A program made the position numbers and the translations under genes. Source: Candidatus Bathyarchaeota archaeon (GTDB lineage Archaea > Thermoproteota > Bathyarchaeia > TCS64). From it: a DNA stretch of 64,000 bases. Shown here piece after piece: positions 20,618 through 31,004 of the stretch; position 1 is the stretch's first letter, and each line of letters opens with the position of its first letter. A model generated the notes under the pieces. That model was not told where the DNA came from. It searched no databases and was given only the letters and a program-made list of their open reading frames with translations. The DNA lies in contig CAVYVF010000023.1 of assembly GCA_963771885.1 (NCBI GenBank), positions 32,001 through 96,000 on the forward strand, in the 5' to 3' direction.

Positions 20618-21565
20618 CATTGATTCGAGTCCCATCCGCAGGTTTTCTAGGTTGTTTCCCATTTGGGCTAGGTAGTCGAGGCCGTCCTGATCGCCGTTCA
20701 TGTGGTAGAGGTTAAGAACCTCGACATGCTTCCCGGTCTGTGCCTGTAGCTCCACTTTTACTGTCTGGACATAGGCGTCGCTGTACCCCGGCTCAATGTA
20801 GATCGTATATGTGTCGGTCTGCTGCATCTGCTGGATTATCTGTATAAGGGCCTCAGTACCCGGCTGGGCGTCAGCGGAGATGCCGACTATGCTCTTCTGC
20901 TCGAAGCCGTAGCGGCGCGCGATGTAGCCGAAGGCGTCGTGTGTGACGAAGATGGAGGTTTTTGTTCTAGTAGAGAGCTGCGCTGAATAGGACGAGTCGA
21001 GCGTCGTGAGTGCCTCATTCAGGGTGTTCCACCTTTCTGTGTAGCCGTCGGCGTTGGCTGGGTCGTGTCGCATGAGTGCATCGTAGATCGCCTCCGCCTG
21101 TAGACGTGCCTCGTATGGGCTAACCCACGTGTGTGGGTCGTATGCGCCGTGCTCCTGTATCTCCGCCTGCTCGACGTTCCTGTACAGAGTGATGTTGGCT
21201 GTCGTATCGACTATAGCCTTACCCGACGCGTCTATCGAGGGCAGTATGTCGTCCCTGAGCCAGCCGTCGAGCCCCGCGCCATTGTAGACGATGATGTCCG
21301 CATCGCTGCAGGCGACGAGATCGCCGGAGGAGGGTTGCCAGCTGTGCGGCTCAAGGCCTGGGGGGATGAGGGTAGTGACCTCTACATCACTTCCCCCTAT
21401 CGCCTCGGTCATGTAGGCGAGTGGGTAGAAGGAGGCGACGATCCGGACCTTGCCGCTGCTCTGGGGCTGCGGCCGGGCTATGTATGCGGCGCCCATCGCA
21501 GTGACCGCTAGGGCGGCGAGCATGAGGGCGGCAGCGAGGCGTCTGTCCATCGTCAGGGTAGACAT
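20617..21565 (-). CDS. znuA: Metal ABC transporter substrate-binding protein (reads through into znuC in this sequence)
   Basis: ASFYPL, EPHSWQP, YNGAGLD, DPHTWVSP, VTHDAFGY. Confidence 0.88.
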
Positions 21566-21575
21566 CAGAGGCCGA

Positions 21576-21639
21576 GTTAATAAACTATCTAGTAAATTCT
21601 TAATAACATATATTACTTACGGAGCCATTTTTTATTAAC
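21576..21639. promoter_or_regulatory. AT-rich divergent promoter with inverted repeat, candidate operator
   Basis: GTTAATAAA (21576-21584) ... TTTATTAAC (21631-21639), plus inner TAATA/TATTA boxes. Confidence 0.45.
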
Positions 21640-21646
21640 GATTGAT

Positions 21647-22030
21647 ATGCCTGTAGTGAGTCTTTCGCTAAACGACCAACTCCTAGACGAACTCGACGGG
21701 ATACAGGGTGAATTAGGCTATTCGGGGCGTAGCGAGGCTGTACGTGCCGCCATACGCCTCTTCCTTGTTGACGGCAGGGAGAAGCAGAGGCTGGAGGGAA
21801 ACGTTAGCGGGCTGCTACTCGCCCTCCACAGCCACGGAGCAGAGCACCACGTGACCCAGATCAAGGGGCAATACCAGGACATCATAAACATGCAGCTCCA
21901 CAACAGGTTCCACGAGGGTAAGTGCATGGAGCTATTCCTCCTAGAGGGGGACGCGGCAAGGGTTAGAGAGCTCTCAGCGCAGCTGCAGAGGAACGAGGAG
22001 AACGAGTACGTCAAGCTGCTCATAATCTGA
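21647..22030 (+). CDS. NikR-fold (RHH + ACT-like) metalloregulator
   Basis: VVSLSL...GYSGRSEAVRAAIR; C-terminal LHxx...CME...GD. Confidence 0.85.
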   Translation: MPVVSLSLNDQLLDELDGIQGELGYSGRSEAVRAAIRLFLVDGREKQRLEGNVSGLLLALHSHGAEHHVTQIKGQYQDIINMQLHNRFHEGKCMELFLLEGDAARVRELSAQLQRNEENEYVKLLII

Positions 22031-22081
22031 TTACCGGGACAAGCACGTTTTAACTAGTCCCGTGGTGCGTCTTCCCCTGTT

Positions 22082-22441
22082 ATGATCGAGAAAGTCAATT
22101 TTGGCGACGTGCCTAAAAAGGCGTTGAACGAGATTCATGGGGAGAAGGTTCTCTACCAAATTGTGTGGCGTTTCACGCCAAAGGCTGAGGTTCTCAAGGT
22201 GTTCAGGGGCGTCGCGCGGCTCACCGTGCCGCCAGGGGAAACAAACCTGATGCACAACCACGCGAAGGAAGAGCAGATCTACATAGTCCTGAGCGGGTCC
22301 GGGGAGATACAGGTCGGCGAGGAGAGAGCACCCGCTACCCCAGGTGACGTGATCTACCTCCCCGCGAACGTGTCACACGGCTTCTTCAACACTGGCGACA
22401 AGCCCGCTGTGATCCTTAACATCGGCGCCGGTGTCGCCTAG
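22082..22441 (+). CDS. Cupin-domain protein
   Basis: HNHAKEEQIYIVLSG, PGDVIYLPANVSHGFFN. Confidence 0.85.
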   Translation: MIEKVNFGDVPKKALNEIHGEKVLYQIVWRFTPKAEVLKVFRGVARLTVPPGETNLMHNHAKEEQIYIVLSGSGEIQVGEERAPATPGDVIYLPANVSHGFFNTGDKPAVILNIGAGVA

Positions 22442-22478
22442 CGTCTTCTTTAAATCGGCTCCCCCGCTGGTTCAAGGC

Positions 22479-23090
22479 ATGAGATTCCTCGAGGCAAACG
22501 ACGAGGCGATAAAGGCGGCGGGTTATATGATGAGGGAGGGTGGGGTCGTCGTCTACCCCACCGAGACGGTCTACGGCATCGGCTGTCTACCCTCTGATCC
22601 CGACGCGACGCAGAGGATATGCGAGATCAAGCAGAGGGCGGACAAGCCATTGCCCCTGATCTGCGCCGACGTCGATGCGGCGAGGAAGATAGTCGAGATG
22701 ACATCTGAGGCGGAGAAACTCGCGGCAAAATTCTGGCCTGGGCCGCTTACCCTCGTGCTGAAATCGAAGGTGAAGTACGGCATGTGGGTGACCCACGGCG
22801 CGTCGACTCTCGGCGTGCGTGTCTCGCCCCACACCGTCGCCCAGAAACTCGCGAAGGCAGCTGGAGGAGTAATCGTCAGCACGAGTGCTAACGTATCGGG
22901 CGACCCACCGGCAAAGTCGGCGGAGGAGGCGAGAAAGATATTCGACGGTAAGGTAGACATTATCCTCGACGGCGGTCCCTCGCAGGGGGGCGAGTCATCG
23001 ACTGTTGTGGACCTGAGCAGCGAGGAGATATGGCTCCTGCGAAGGGGCCCGGTGACCGGCGAGGAGATAATGGCTGCTCTACGAGGCTAG
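22479..23090 (+). CDS. tsaC: L-threonylcarbamoyladenylate synthase (single-domain TsaC/YrdC type)
   Basis: YPTETVYG, KQR, FWPGPLT, STSANVSG, SSTVVD. Confidence 0.92.
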   Translation: MRFLEANDEAIKAAGYMMREGGVVVYPTETVYGIGCLPSDPDATQRICEIKQRADKPLPLICADVDAARKIVEMTSEAEKLAAKFWPGPLTLVLKSKVKYGMWVTHGASTLGVRVSPHTVAQKLAKAAGGVIVSTSANVSGDPPAKSAEEARKIFDGKVDIILDGGPSQGGESSTVVDLSSEEIWLLRRGPVTGEEIMAALRG

Positions 23091-23971
23091 AGCTTCCAGC
23101 CTTTTGGCACAAGCTTCGCGATGTTGACGTTGAGCGGAGCCGCCACCGTGCGTGCGACGGGCTCGCATTTCGTGCGGAAGATGTACATGAGCGGACAGGG
23201 GGCGGGGACTTCGGTGAGGGTCTCCCAGTTCGCCATCCCCTTGGCGATGATGATGTCCGAGCCGTAGAAGCGCGAGTTGAACTCGCCACTCGTCTCCTCG
23301 AGGTTGACGCCTATCGCGTCGGCGCCCGTCGTGATGACCTCGTTGGCTTCCTTCGTCATGCCCACGGCTTCTGCATCCTCCATGAGTGCGTCATTAAGGC
23401 TCGGCCCCGCCTTGACGGCAACAGTCACGACTGCGCCAAGTCTGCGCAGCTCGCGGACGATGAGCGTGTCGAAGGCGATCTCCCCCGCGTTGTCGGTGAG
23501 GAGCAGGACATTCGCGCCCCTCTTGATGAGCTTTCTGAGCTTCTCGGAGTCGTCGATAGCGAAGCCCTCCTCGAGGCCCTTTAGTGCCTCCTGTATGTCG
23601 GCGTTGTGCCCGGGGACATCGAACTCGATGACATTTCCGATGCAGGCGACCATAAGCGCCGCGTAGAGGCGCTTTGCAGGTGGGTGTTTGTCGACGTACT
23701 CCCTCATCTTGGGGAGTATCTCAACGGCGAGGGTGTTGGACTTCGTCTTGAGGTCGGCGTATGGGTCCGTGCATCCGGTGATGGTCTTGAGGACCCTGCA
23801 GCGCTCGGCGCCAATGTAGCTTGGCACGGCGTCTGGGTGATAGCGCTCACCGAGCATCTCTAATAAGGCGGACATGGCTTTGACTCGCCTCTTCTCGTCC
23901 TTTGTGCTGCGCTGAATGATCTTGTGTCCGCGATGTAATATGCAGTAGCCGCACTCTGAGCCGACCTTCAT
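23087..23971 (-). CDS. DUF89/ARMT1-like damage-control phosphatase
   Basis: CxxC N-terminus, DPY..K, GNVIEF, DNAGEIAFD, NDA, KGMANWE, KC. Confidence 0.88.
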   Translation of the reverse strand: MKVGSECGYCILHRGHKIIQRSTKDEKRRVKAMSALLEMLGERYHPDAVPSYIGAERCRVLKTITGCTDPYADLKTKSNTLAVEILPKMREYVDKHPPAKRLYAALMVACIGNVIEFDVPGHNADIQEALKGLEEGFAIDDSEKLRKLIKRGANVLLLTDNAGEIAFDTLIVRELRRLGAVVTVAVKAGPSLNDALMEDAEAVGMTKEANEVITTGADAIGVNLEETSGEFNSRFYGSDIIIAKGMANWETLTEVPAPCPLMYIFRTKCEPVARTVAAPLNVNIAKLVPKGWKL

Positions 23972-24104
23972 CTGGATCACGGGGGTGGGTGTGCGGCGGG
24001 ATTTATGGTTTGGGTGTATAGCGGATACTTTCGGTGTTCGATGCCCGCCCCTCAATCAACCTTCTTCTCTAAGAGATGTTCTGAGGCTTTCCCCTAAAAG
24101 GGGG

Positions 24105-24130
24105 AACCCGAAGCGACCTCTTTTCGGGTT
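24105..24130. terminator. Hairpin downstream of the small ORF
   Basis: AACCCGAA...TTCGGGTT inverted repeat. Confidence 0.4.
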
Positions 24131-24237
24131 TATGTCTTCGTCATGAAGTTGTAGAGGACCTTCATCACGAGTCCGAAAACGGCCCACTCGACGATGACGA
24201 TTACTGGGGTCCACATGGTGTAAATGTTTTCCAGCAC
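24130..24237 (-). CDS. 35-aa single-TM peptide (not in ORF track)
   Basis: GTG-LENIYTMWTPVIVIVEWAVFGLVMKVLYNFMTKT; GGTGA SD, AT-rich upstream region, downstream hairpin. Confidence 0.55.
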   Translation of the reverse strand: MLENIYTMWTPVIVIVEWAVFGLVMKVLYNFMTKT

Positions 24238-24711
24238 TTGTTCACCATATATTTTCACCGACCGGGGTATATAGGTCGTCCTACGAGTTTATGTAAATTT
24301 ATGCGGATATGAATATATTTTTTTAACATGAACATTGAAAAAATGAGGGTTTCGGATCGACCCCGGATTGATAAATCATAGGAAAACAGGTAAAACACCA
24401 TGGCTTCTGCTCTTCGTCTATGTCATTCATTCTTTCTAAAGGCTTAGACTCCGGATAGGTTCATGCGATTTTTCAAAGACCACCTACCCGAGTCGTATAC
24501 ACTGATCCTGAAGGCGGACTGAAGGGCTCAAACCGTGACCTTGGTACGCTCTACTGCGTGGTCAACGCGGCGAGTGGGGAGGGTGATCGTCCTGGAGTGC
24601 ACAAGATCCATCTATGTGACTGGTTCCCCACGCCCGTCAACAAGACGTGAGACTGTTTCAGGGATATACTTTTCAGCGTCGCCCCGTGTAACCTCCCCAG
24701 CGGTGTGGTGT

Positions 24712-25284
24712 TTGGCGAGGCAGTACAACATCCTAGCGACAACTGAGAGGATAAACGAGGACAGGGCGGGTAGCGAACTCTGGATGCTTCTGCGCGCCGC
24801 GGGCGACGATACGCCCAAGGTGGAGCGGATGGGTATCTGGGGCATACTAGTCGCCAAGACTAACCTCGACCCCCCTGAGGCTGTCGCCAAGATCCGCGAG
24901 GAGTTCATAAAGAAGCCAGACGGGGTGCAAGCGCTTTTCCGCGTCATCCCAATTCAGCGCCTCGTTCCCACGACGCTTGACGAAATAGTCAAAGCTGCTA
25001 CTGAGCTCGGCACCGTAATCCCCTCCGACGCGAGCTATCGCATAACCGTGGAGAAGCGCCGCGTCAAACTCGGCAGTCATGAGATAATCGACGCCGTCGC
25101 CGACAAGTTCACCCAGAAAGTTAACCTCGATAACCCAGACTGGGTCATACTCATCGAAACTGCGGGCAAGCAGACGGGCGTCTCAGTCGTCCGCCCCTCC
25201 AGCACTTTGAACGTCCAAAAGGAGCGTGTCCGACTAGCGGCGGAGGCTAAGAAGCGCACCGCGCTCGACGATAAGACCGCCTAA
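24712..25284 (+). CDS. THUMP-domain protein (Tan1-like)
   Basis: YRITVEKRR, IIDAVA, KVNLDNPDWVILIE; likely TTG start at 24712. Confidence 0.85.
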   Translation: MARQYNILATTERINEDRAGSELWMLLRAAGDDTPKVERMGIWGILVAKTNLDPPEAVAKIREEFIKKPDGVQALFRVIPIQRLVPTTLDEIVKAATELGTVIPSDASYRITVEKRRVKLGSHEIIDAVADKFTQKVNLDNPDWVILIETAGKQTGVSVVRPSSTLNVQKERVRLAAEAKKRTALDDKTA

Positions 25285-25794
25285 GGCCTTATCTCCACCC
25301 GCGGCGTCCAACTCGGCGTCGGATATCCCGTATGCCTTCTTTAGTATGGTTGCCTTTTCGTCATTCAGTTCAAGAACGCCATCGTCCTCCTCCCCTAGAA
25401 GCTTCGACACCTTCCTATAGGCGCTCTTTGCCTCTGCCTGGCTCGGGGAAAACACCATCAGTGCGATCAACTTTGTCTTCGCCGAGACGCCGAGCATGTC
25501 AAGCGCCTTCGTGATCTGGTCCTGCGCCGACGCGTATAGGAGCGCCTCGATGGTGATGTTCTTCGATAAGGCTAGCCCAGTCTCGGTGGAACGTGCTGCG
25601 TTGACCGCCGCCAGCCAGAGGTGGTCTCGTCCGGCGACGCGTCCGGCATCCACTATTTGCGCCGCGTGGGGAGAAGCGATTTCACCCACCAGCTTAACGA
25701 GCGTTTTCGGGTCAGAAACCTGTAACCTGAATCCGCCTATGGCGACGAAGAAACGCGAATCCTTGACACCCGAAATCCACATGACTGAACCCAA
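25234..25794 (-). CDS. cgi121: KEOPS complex subunit Cgi121
   Basis: QIVDAGRVAGRDHL, EALLYASAQDQITKAL...GV, VERGALL. Confidence 0.85.
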   Translation of the reverse strand: MGSVMWISGVKDSRFFVAIGGFRLQVSDPKTLVKLVGEIASPHAAQIVDAGRVAGRDHLWLAAVNAARSTETGLALSKNITIEALLYASAQDQITKALDMLGVSAKTKLIALMVFSPSQAEAKSAYRKVSKLLGEEDDGVLELNDEKATILKKAYGISDAELDAAGGDKALGGLIVERGALLSLRR

Positions 25795-25824
25795 GCAGAC
25801 AAACCGTAGACCGGGTTATAGCCG

Positions 25825-26929
25825 TTATTCCCGAGAGAGGACGGAGAGGAGTCTATCCACCTCCTCCTCTGTGTTGTAGAAGTCGACGGCACAGCGTATC
25901 CCAGTGGGGCGCAGGCTCAGGTAGAAGTTATCAGCTCTTAGCTTCTTGAAGGTAGTATCAGTGTCCTTGGTCGAGAAGCTGACGACACCTGAACGCATCT
26001 CCTTCTCCTTCGGCGAGGCGATGCTAACGCCGAGGTGGTCGAGACCGTCGTAGAGGCGCTGCGCCAGCTTCAGCACGCGCCCCTCGATCGCCGTCGGCCC
26101 GATGTCCAGAATCATCTTCACCGCAGCCATCGTGCCCACGGTGCTCAGGTAGCTCGGCTCACCAAGCTCGTACTTCTTGGCGCTCGCCTTGAGCCGGGGC
26201 CGCTCCATGTCGTGCTCCTCCACAGAGCGGTACCCGATCTGCACCGGCTCCAACTCGTTGATCAGAATCCTTCTTGACGTAGAGGAAGCCTGCGCCGCTG
26301 CAGCCGACGAGCCACTTGTAGCCCCCACAGGCGTAAAAGTCGACGCCGAGCTTCTTCACGTCCACCTTGACAGCACCCGCCGCCTGTATCCCGTCGACGA
26401 CGAAGTACGCTCCGTGCGCGTGCGCCACCTCTGCGAATGCTCGGAGGTCATGGCGGGCACCCGTAAGCCATTCCACGTGGCTCATCGAGATTGCCTTCGT
26501 CTTATCGTCCACAGCCTTCTCGAGGTCGTCTAGGCGCACGGCTCCCCCCCGACCCTTGACGACGCGCACCTCGACCCCCCTCTGCCTCTGCGATATCCAT
26601 GGGTAGAGGTTCGCCGGGTTCTCGAGGTCGTTGACGACGACGTTGTCCCCCTCCTTGAAGCGAAGCGCCTCAGCGACTGTCGCGAGCCCCTGCGAGGTGT
26701 TGGGCTGGCTGCACGCCTCCTCCGGCGTCGCACCGACGAGTTTTGCCCAAGTCGCCACCGCCTCCTCCGTCCGGGCGTCCCCTCTCCTGTCCAGCCTGTC
26801 CCAGTCGAGGAGGTAACCCCTGATCGCCTCCTGCACGGGCACGCAGGGGGGGCTGTGGTTCGCAATATCGAAGAAGGTTGTATTCTTCGTCACGGGGAAG
26901 AGATTTTCCCTGATCTTCTCGACGTTCAT
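25825..26929 (-). CDS. Class V PLP-dependent aminotransferase / cysteine desulfurase-like; +1 frameshift at about 26267
   Basis: NTSQG, VVDGIQAAG, GGYKWL..GAGFLYV; the C-terminal RSGVVSF...FYNTEEEV is in the shifted frame. Confidence 0.85.
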
Positions 26930-26962
26930 GGTGCTAAGAGAGGGTCATGCCCGGTTAAAGGG

Positions 26963-27721
26963 TTAGCCCGCGACAAGCGCCGTGTACTCGGCGACGCGGT
27001 TGAGGCCAAGCCTCTCCGCAGTCTCGACTGAGGCCAAGTTGTCCGCCCAGCAGTGCCAGCCGACTCGCCTGATTCCCACACCCGCGGCGTGTCTGAACAT
27101 CGCCGAGGCGACAAGTGTCGCCAGTCCCCTACGCCTGTACTCAGGCGCAGTCTCTATACCAACCTCACATCTGTCCCCGAGGTTGTACTCGCTCATGCAC
27201 CAGCAGGCAAATCCCCCGTCGTGGATCGTGGCGAAACCGAATCCCTTAGCGAGGAACTCCTCTACAGAGGTCCTCTCGGAGCATATCTCCTCCCTAACCC
27301 AGTCGGTGTGCACGAGATCCCTGCCGAGTAGCTCTTCCGTTATGCGCTCCACGGCGTACCCGTCGGGGGGGTTGATGACATAGCTACGCGTCGTCGGGTC
27401 GTCCTCGTAGTAGAGCCTCCCCCTATGCTTCACCCCGTAACCGGAGAGTAGCTTTTCTGCTCCCTCGAGCGCCTCGGGGCTCGGGTAGGTAACGAATCGT
27501 TTGTGGGTCTTTGCGAACTCAGCGAGTGGCTCAGCGAAGCCTCTGCCGATATCCCCGGCGAGGTAGAGCCTGTGTCCCGCCCACGTCATGGCGGCTCGTC
27601 GCTCCTCGGAGTCAACGAACATCCTCGCCGCCGTGGCGCCTGCGAGTATCGACTCAACGGCGAGATGTATGCCCATGCCATCCCAGAGGCGCCCAGCGCG
27701 CCGGGGCTCTATCTCGTTCAA
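26963..27721 (-). CDS. GNAT-family acetyltransferase
   Basis: EVGIETAPEYRRRGLAT, WHCWADNLASVETAERLG; start uncertain. Confidence 0.85.
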   Translation of the reverse strand: MNEIEPRRAGRLWDGMGIHLAVESILAGATAARMFVDSEERRAAMTWAGHRLYLAGDIGRGFAEPLAEFAKTHKRFVTYPSPEALEGAEKLLSGYGVKHRGRLYYEDDPTTRSYVINPPDGYAVERITEELLGRDLVHTDWVREEICSERTSVEEFLAKGFGFATIHDGGFACWCMSEYNLGDRCEVGIETAPEYRRRGLATLVASAMFRHAAGVGIRRVGWHCWADNLASVETAERLGLNRVAEYTALVAG

Positions 27722-27826
27722 CGTGGACAGAACTGGACCGGCCACGGATTTAAGTGGGTCACCCACTCCCAGCCCCCGCGATACCCTTTTACAGGGCGCC
27801 ACCCCAAAAGCCAAGGGAGTGAGAGA

Positions 27827-28249
27827 ATGTCAGCATTCGACGTAGACGAGGAGGCCGGCCCAATGAAGATCGCCGACCTCAACCAGTACAGTAGAGAGAT
27901 CAACGTAGTAGTCAAGGTCATCAGCAAGACGGATATACGCGCCGTCACAACGAAGATGGACGAGACCCAGCACAGGGTCTGCGAGGCGCTAGTAGCCGAT
28001 GACACCGGCGCCATCTACCTCACCCTCTGGGACGAGGCAATCGACAAGATACAGGAGGACATGGTCATCGCAATAAGCAACGCATACATGAACACCTTCA
28101 AGGGTAGCATGAGGCTCAACATCGGCAGGTACGGCAGCTACGAGCCCGTCGAGACGCCGTGGCCCGACGTCAACCTTGACAACAACCTGTCCGCGAAGCG
28201 CGTCGAGTCGGACGCACCCCCGCGCGGCTTCGGTAGGGGCAGGTACTGA
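27827..28249 (+). CDS. ssb: Single-stranded DNA-binding protein, crenarchaeal single-OB type
   Basis: KIADL...VKVISK, VADDTGAIYLTLWD, NAY...FKGSMRLNIGRYG; R/G-rich tail. Confidence 0.88.
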   Translation: MSAFDVDEEAGPMKIADLNQYSREINVVVKVISKTDIRAVTTKMDETQHRVCEALVADDTGAIYLTLWDEAIDKIQEDMVIAISNAYMNTFKGSMRLNIGRYGSYEPVETPWPDVNLDNNLSAKRVESDAPPRGFGRGRY

Positions 28250-28279
28250 TTTTAACCCCCCGCAATAACTAATCAGTCT

Positions 28280-28777
28280 ATGTCCGAGATAGCAGTATTC
28301 GAAACAAGCAAGGGCAGCTTTGAGATCACTCTCGACAGGGCTAAGGCCCCCGTCACGGTGGACAACTTCGTGAAGTACGTCAAGGAGGGCTTCTTCGACG
28401 GCACGATCTTCCACCGCGTCATCCCCGGATTCATGATACAGGGAGGCGGCTTCACCCCCGATGGCAACCAGAAGAGGACTCGCCAGGCGATACGCCTCGA
28501 GTCAAAGAACGGGCTAAAGAACGCGAAGGGCACCATCGCCATGGCTAGGACGAACGACCCCGACTCCGCCACAAGCCAGTTCTTCATAAACCTCATAGAC
28601 AACAGTTTCCTCAATGCGTCCCCGGGCAACCAGGGCTACGCTGTCTTCGGCAAGGTCACAGCCGGCATGGAGGTCGTGGATGAGATAGCAAAGGTGCGCA
28701 CAGGCCCTCACCCGCCTCACAGCGACTGGCCTCGCGAGGACGTCGTCATAAAGCGTGCCTCGATGAAGGCCGCGTAA
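28280..28777 (+). CDS. Cyclophilin-type peptidyl-prolyl isomerase
   Basis: FHRVIPGFMIQGGG, AMART, SATSQFFIN, YAVFGKV. Confidence 0.95.
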   Translation: MSEIAVFETSKGSFEITLDRAKAPVTVDNFVKYVKEGFFDGTIFHRVIPGFMIQGGGFTPDGNQKRTRQAIRLESKNGLKNAKGTIAMARTNDPDSATSQFFINLIDNSFLNASPGNQGYAVFGKVTAGMEVVDEIAKVRTGPHPPHSDWPREDVVIKRASMKAA

Positions 28778-28821
28778 ACCATTTTTTAAGCACACCCCGA
28801 CACCCTTCTACCCGATACAAG

Positions 28822-29727
28822 TTGGTCGAGAACTTACGAGTCGCCCTTGACAAGTTCCCATACAGCGGCCAATACGGCCTCAAAGAGGTAGGCATACAGG
28901 CCGACGCCCTCGAACAGGGCGGACTACCCGAACTACTCAAGAAGAACAACTGCACCGTCGAGGAGGTATTCGCGACAAAGCTCACCGCTGACGAGGAGAA
29001 GCAGTACGGAGAGATCAACCACCTCGGCCTCGCCAACAGACACCTCGCCGACGCCGTCTCCGCCCAGCTCAAGAAGGGCGTCCTCCCCCTCGGACTCCTC
29101 CAGAACTGCAACGGCCTCATGGGTATGCTCGCCGGCGTTCAGCGCAGCGGCGGCTGGAAGCCCCTCAAAGTGGGACTCGTCTGGATAGACGCCCACGGCG
29201 ACTTCAACACCCCTGAGACGACGTACAGCGGCATGCTCGGCGGGATGCCAGTGGCGATAAGCTGCGGTCTATGCTACGATCGCCTCCGCCGCCAATGCGG
29301 CCTTGACCCCGCGCTGCCCCCCAAGTACGTCACCATGGTCGCCGTCAGGGACACGGACCCCTACGAGCAGGACGCCATCGACCGCCACGACATCGCCCAG
29401 ATCACCGTCGACGACCTCAAGGGCGACAGCCCTGCAGTCGATATGGAGATGGAGCGCCTCAGCACCCTCTGTGACAAGATATATGTCCACGTCGATGCCG
29501 ACGTCCTTGACCCAGCGGACATACCCGGCGCGGGGCTGCCTGTCGCCAACGGGCCGACCGCCAAGGAACTCGCTGACACCATCCAGGTCATGTTCGAGTA
29601 CCCCAAGGCAGCCGCCTTCGGCGTCGCCAGCTACCCAGCAGCACGTGACCCAGACAAGAAGGCGCTTAAATCTGTCTACATGCTATACGAGGCGGCGGTA
29701 AAAGGGGCGCAGAGCCGGGTGGACTAG
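28822..29727 (+). CDS. Arginase/ureohydrolase-family protein
   Basis: WIDAHGDFNTPET, HVDADVLDP. Confidence 0.85.
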   Translation: MVENLRVALDKFPYSGQYGLKEVGIQADALEQGGLPELLKKNNCTVEEVFATKLTADEEKQYGEINHLGLANRHLADAVSAQLKKGVLPLGLLQNCNGLMGMLAGVQRSGGWKPLKVGLVWIDAHGDFNTPETTYSGMLGGMPVAISCGLCYDRLRRQCGLDPALPPKYVTMVAVRDTDPYEQDAIDRHDIAQITVDDLKGDSPAVDMEMERLSTLCDKIYVHVDADVLDPADIPGAGLPVANGPTAKELADTIQVMFEYPKAAAFGVASYPAARDPDKKALKSVYMLYEAAVKGAQSRVD

Positions 29728-31004
29728 ACGACCAGCGTCTCCCGCTCGACCCGCCTCTTAGCAACGCTCAGGTCGCTGCACTTGAAACCGCGGCCCCCGT
29801 AGAGCGTCGCGTACTCCTTATCCTCGTTGACCGCGTCGACTATGCGGCCCAACGCGTCACTCTTCATTATGCCACTCCCACTCGCGGCGCCGACGTAGAT
29901 GATGCCGGACCCCGCCTCGACTACGGGCGTCTGGTCGAAGCCGTTTATGGCGTACTGGCCAGCCCAGCTGTTCGCGGGGCGGACGTCCTCAAAGCAGGGC
30001 AGATACTGGACGAGGGCGTGGTAGATGTTGTTTGAGTAGTAATCGTCTTCTGGCTGCGGGTCATCCTCAAGCTCGAACTTGCGCCCAAGGTTGTCGGCGC
30101 AGGCGAGCCAGATGCTCTCCTCGCTCACCTCCCCCTTGAGGAGTATACCCGCCGTGGGGAGGATGGTGACTGGTAGCTTGTTGTCGTCGTTGAAGTCCTT
30201 CGTGTTGAGTAGCCTGCCAAGCTTGGGGTCCTTGAAGGCGAATATCTGCCTCTTCTTCGGCCTCATGAGACAGTCAAAGCCTATGGGGTCGAGGACCTTG
30301 CCCGCCCAGACTCCGCATGCGACGACGGTCGTCTCCGCGAGTATGCGCCCCTTCGACGTGTCGGCGCCGGCTATGCGGCTCTCCTGCCAGACGAAGGGCT
30401 CACCGGGGATGCCCAGCGGCTCCACGGGATCGTGGAGGAGTTTCGTCGCCTCCGTGTTGTAGTGTATCTCGCCCCCGATCTTCAGGAACTCCGCTTCGTA
30501 TGCCTTGACGAGCCTGTCGACATCGACGCTACCGCACTTGGGGCCAAAGACTCCCATCTCGACATCCTCGAGCGCCATCATTTGGGACTCCTCGCTGTCG
30601 TCGAACTCAGTTACGAGGTCGGGAATCATCGCCTTCAGCTCCTCGCTGCTGTACTCGAGGATGCGTGCCCCCCTCCTCTTGGCGACGTCGAAGGGGGCGC
30701 GGCGCTCCCTGTACTCGTCCTCGGGGAGGAGCCAGAGGTAGCCGAGCTCGTGCAGCCCCACGTCGTACTCCATGTCCTCCTTCAGGTGGTGGAACCAGTC
30801 TATTGTCGAGTCCGCGAGGAGGTAGTTCGTCTCGCTCGCGAAGAGGTTCCTGTACCCCCCCTCACTCTTTGCGCTGTTACCCTGCCCGGGGCCGCTCAGC
30901 TTCTCGACCACGACCACCTTCCTTGAGGGGTCGCGCTTCTTCAGGTAATACGCAGAGCTGAGCCCGAGGACTCCTGCGCCGACGACGAGGACGTCAGTCT
31001 CCAA
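29724..31004 (-). CDS. FAD-dependent oxidoreductase (DAO/sarcosine oxidase beta-like)
   Basis: VVGAGVLG, SWAGQY, SGSGIMK; likely TTG start at 31004. Confidence 0.8.
   Translation of the reverse strand: METDVLVVGAGVLGLSSAYYLKKRDPSRKVVVVEKLSGPGQGNSAKSEGGYRNLFASETNYLLADSTIDWFHHLKEDMEYDVGLHELGYLWLLPEDEYRERRAPFDVAKRRGARILEYSSEELKAMIPDLVTEFDDSEESQMMALEDVEMGVFGPKCGSVDVDRLVKAYEAEFLKIGGEIHYNTEATKLLHDPVEPLGIPGEPFVWQESRIAGADTSKGRILAETTVVACGVWAGKVLDPIGFDCLMRPKKRQIFAFKDPKLGRLLNTKDFNDDNKLPVTILPTAGILLKGEVSEESIWLACADNLGRKFELEDDPQPEDDYYSNNIYHALVQYLPCFEDVRPANSWAGQYAINGFDQTPVVEAGSGIIYVGAASGSGIMKSDALGRIVDAVNEDKEYATLYGGRGFKCSDLSVAKRRVERETLVV

Noticed and set aside
20324..21565. Apparent ZnuA-ZnuC fusion protein
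   Set aside because: An extracellular binding protein fused to a cytoplasmic ATPase is topologically implausible; removing one base at about 20620 restores a normal TGATG stop/start overlap
24400..24650. Possible eroded gene upstream of the THUMP gene
   Set aside because: Fragments in several frames with no recognisable family motif
22479..25794. tsaC, THUMP and cgi121 as a tRNA-modification operon
   Set aside because: Mixed orientations and intervening genes; ordinary housekeeping proximity
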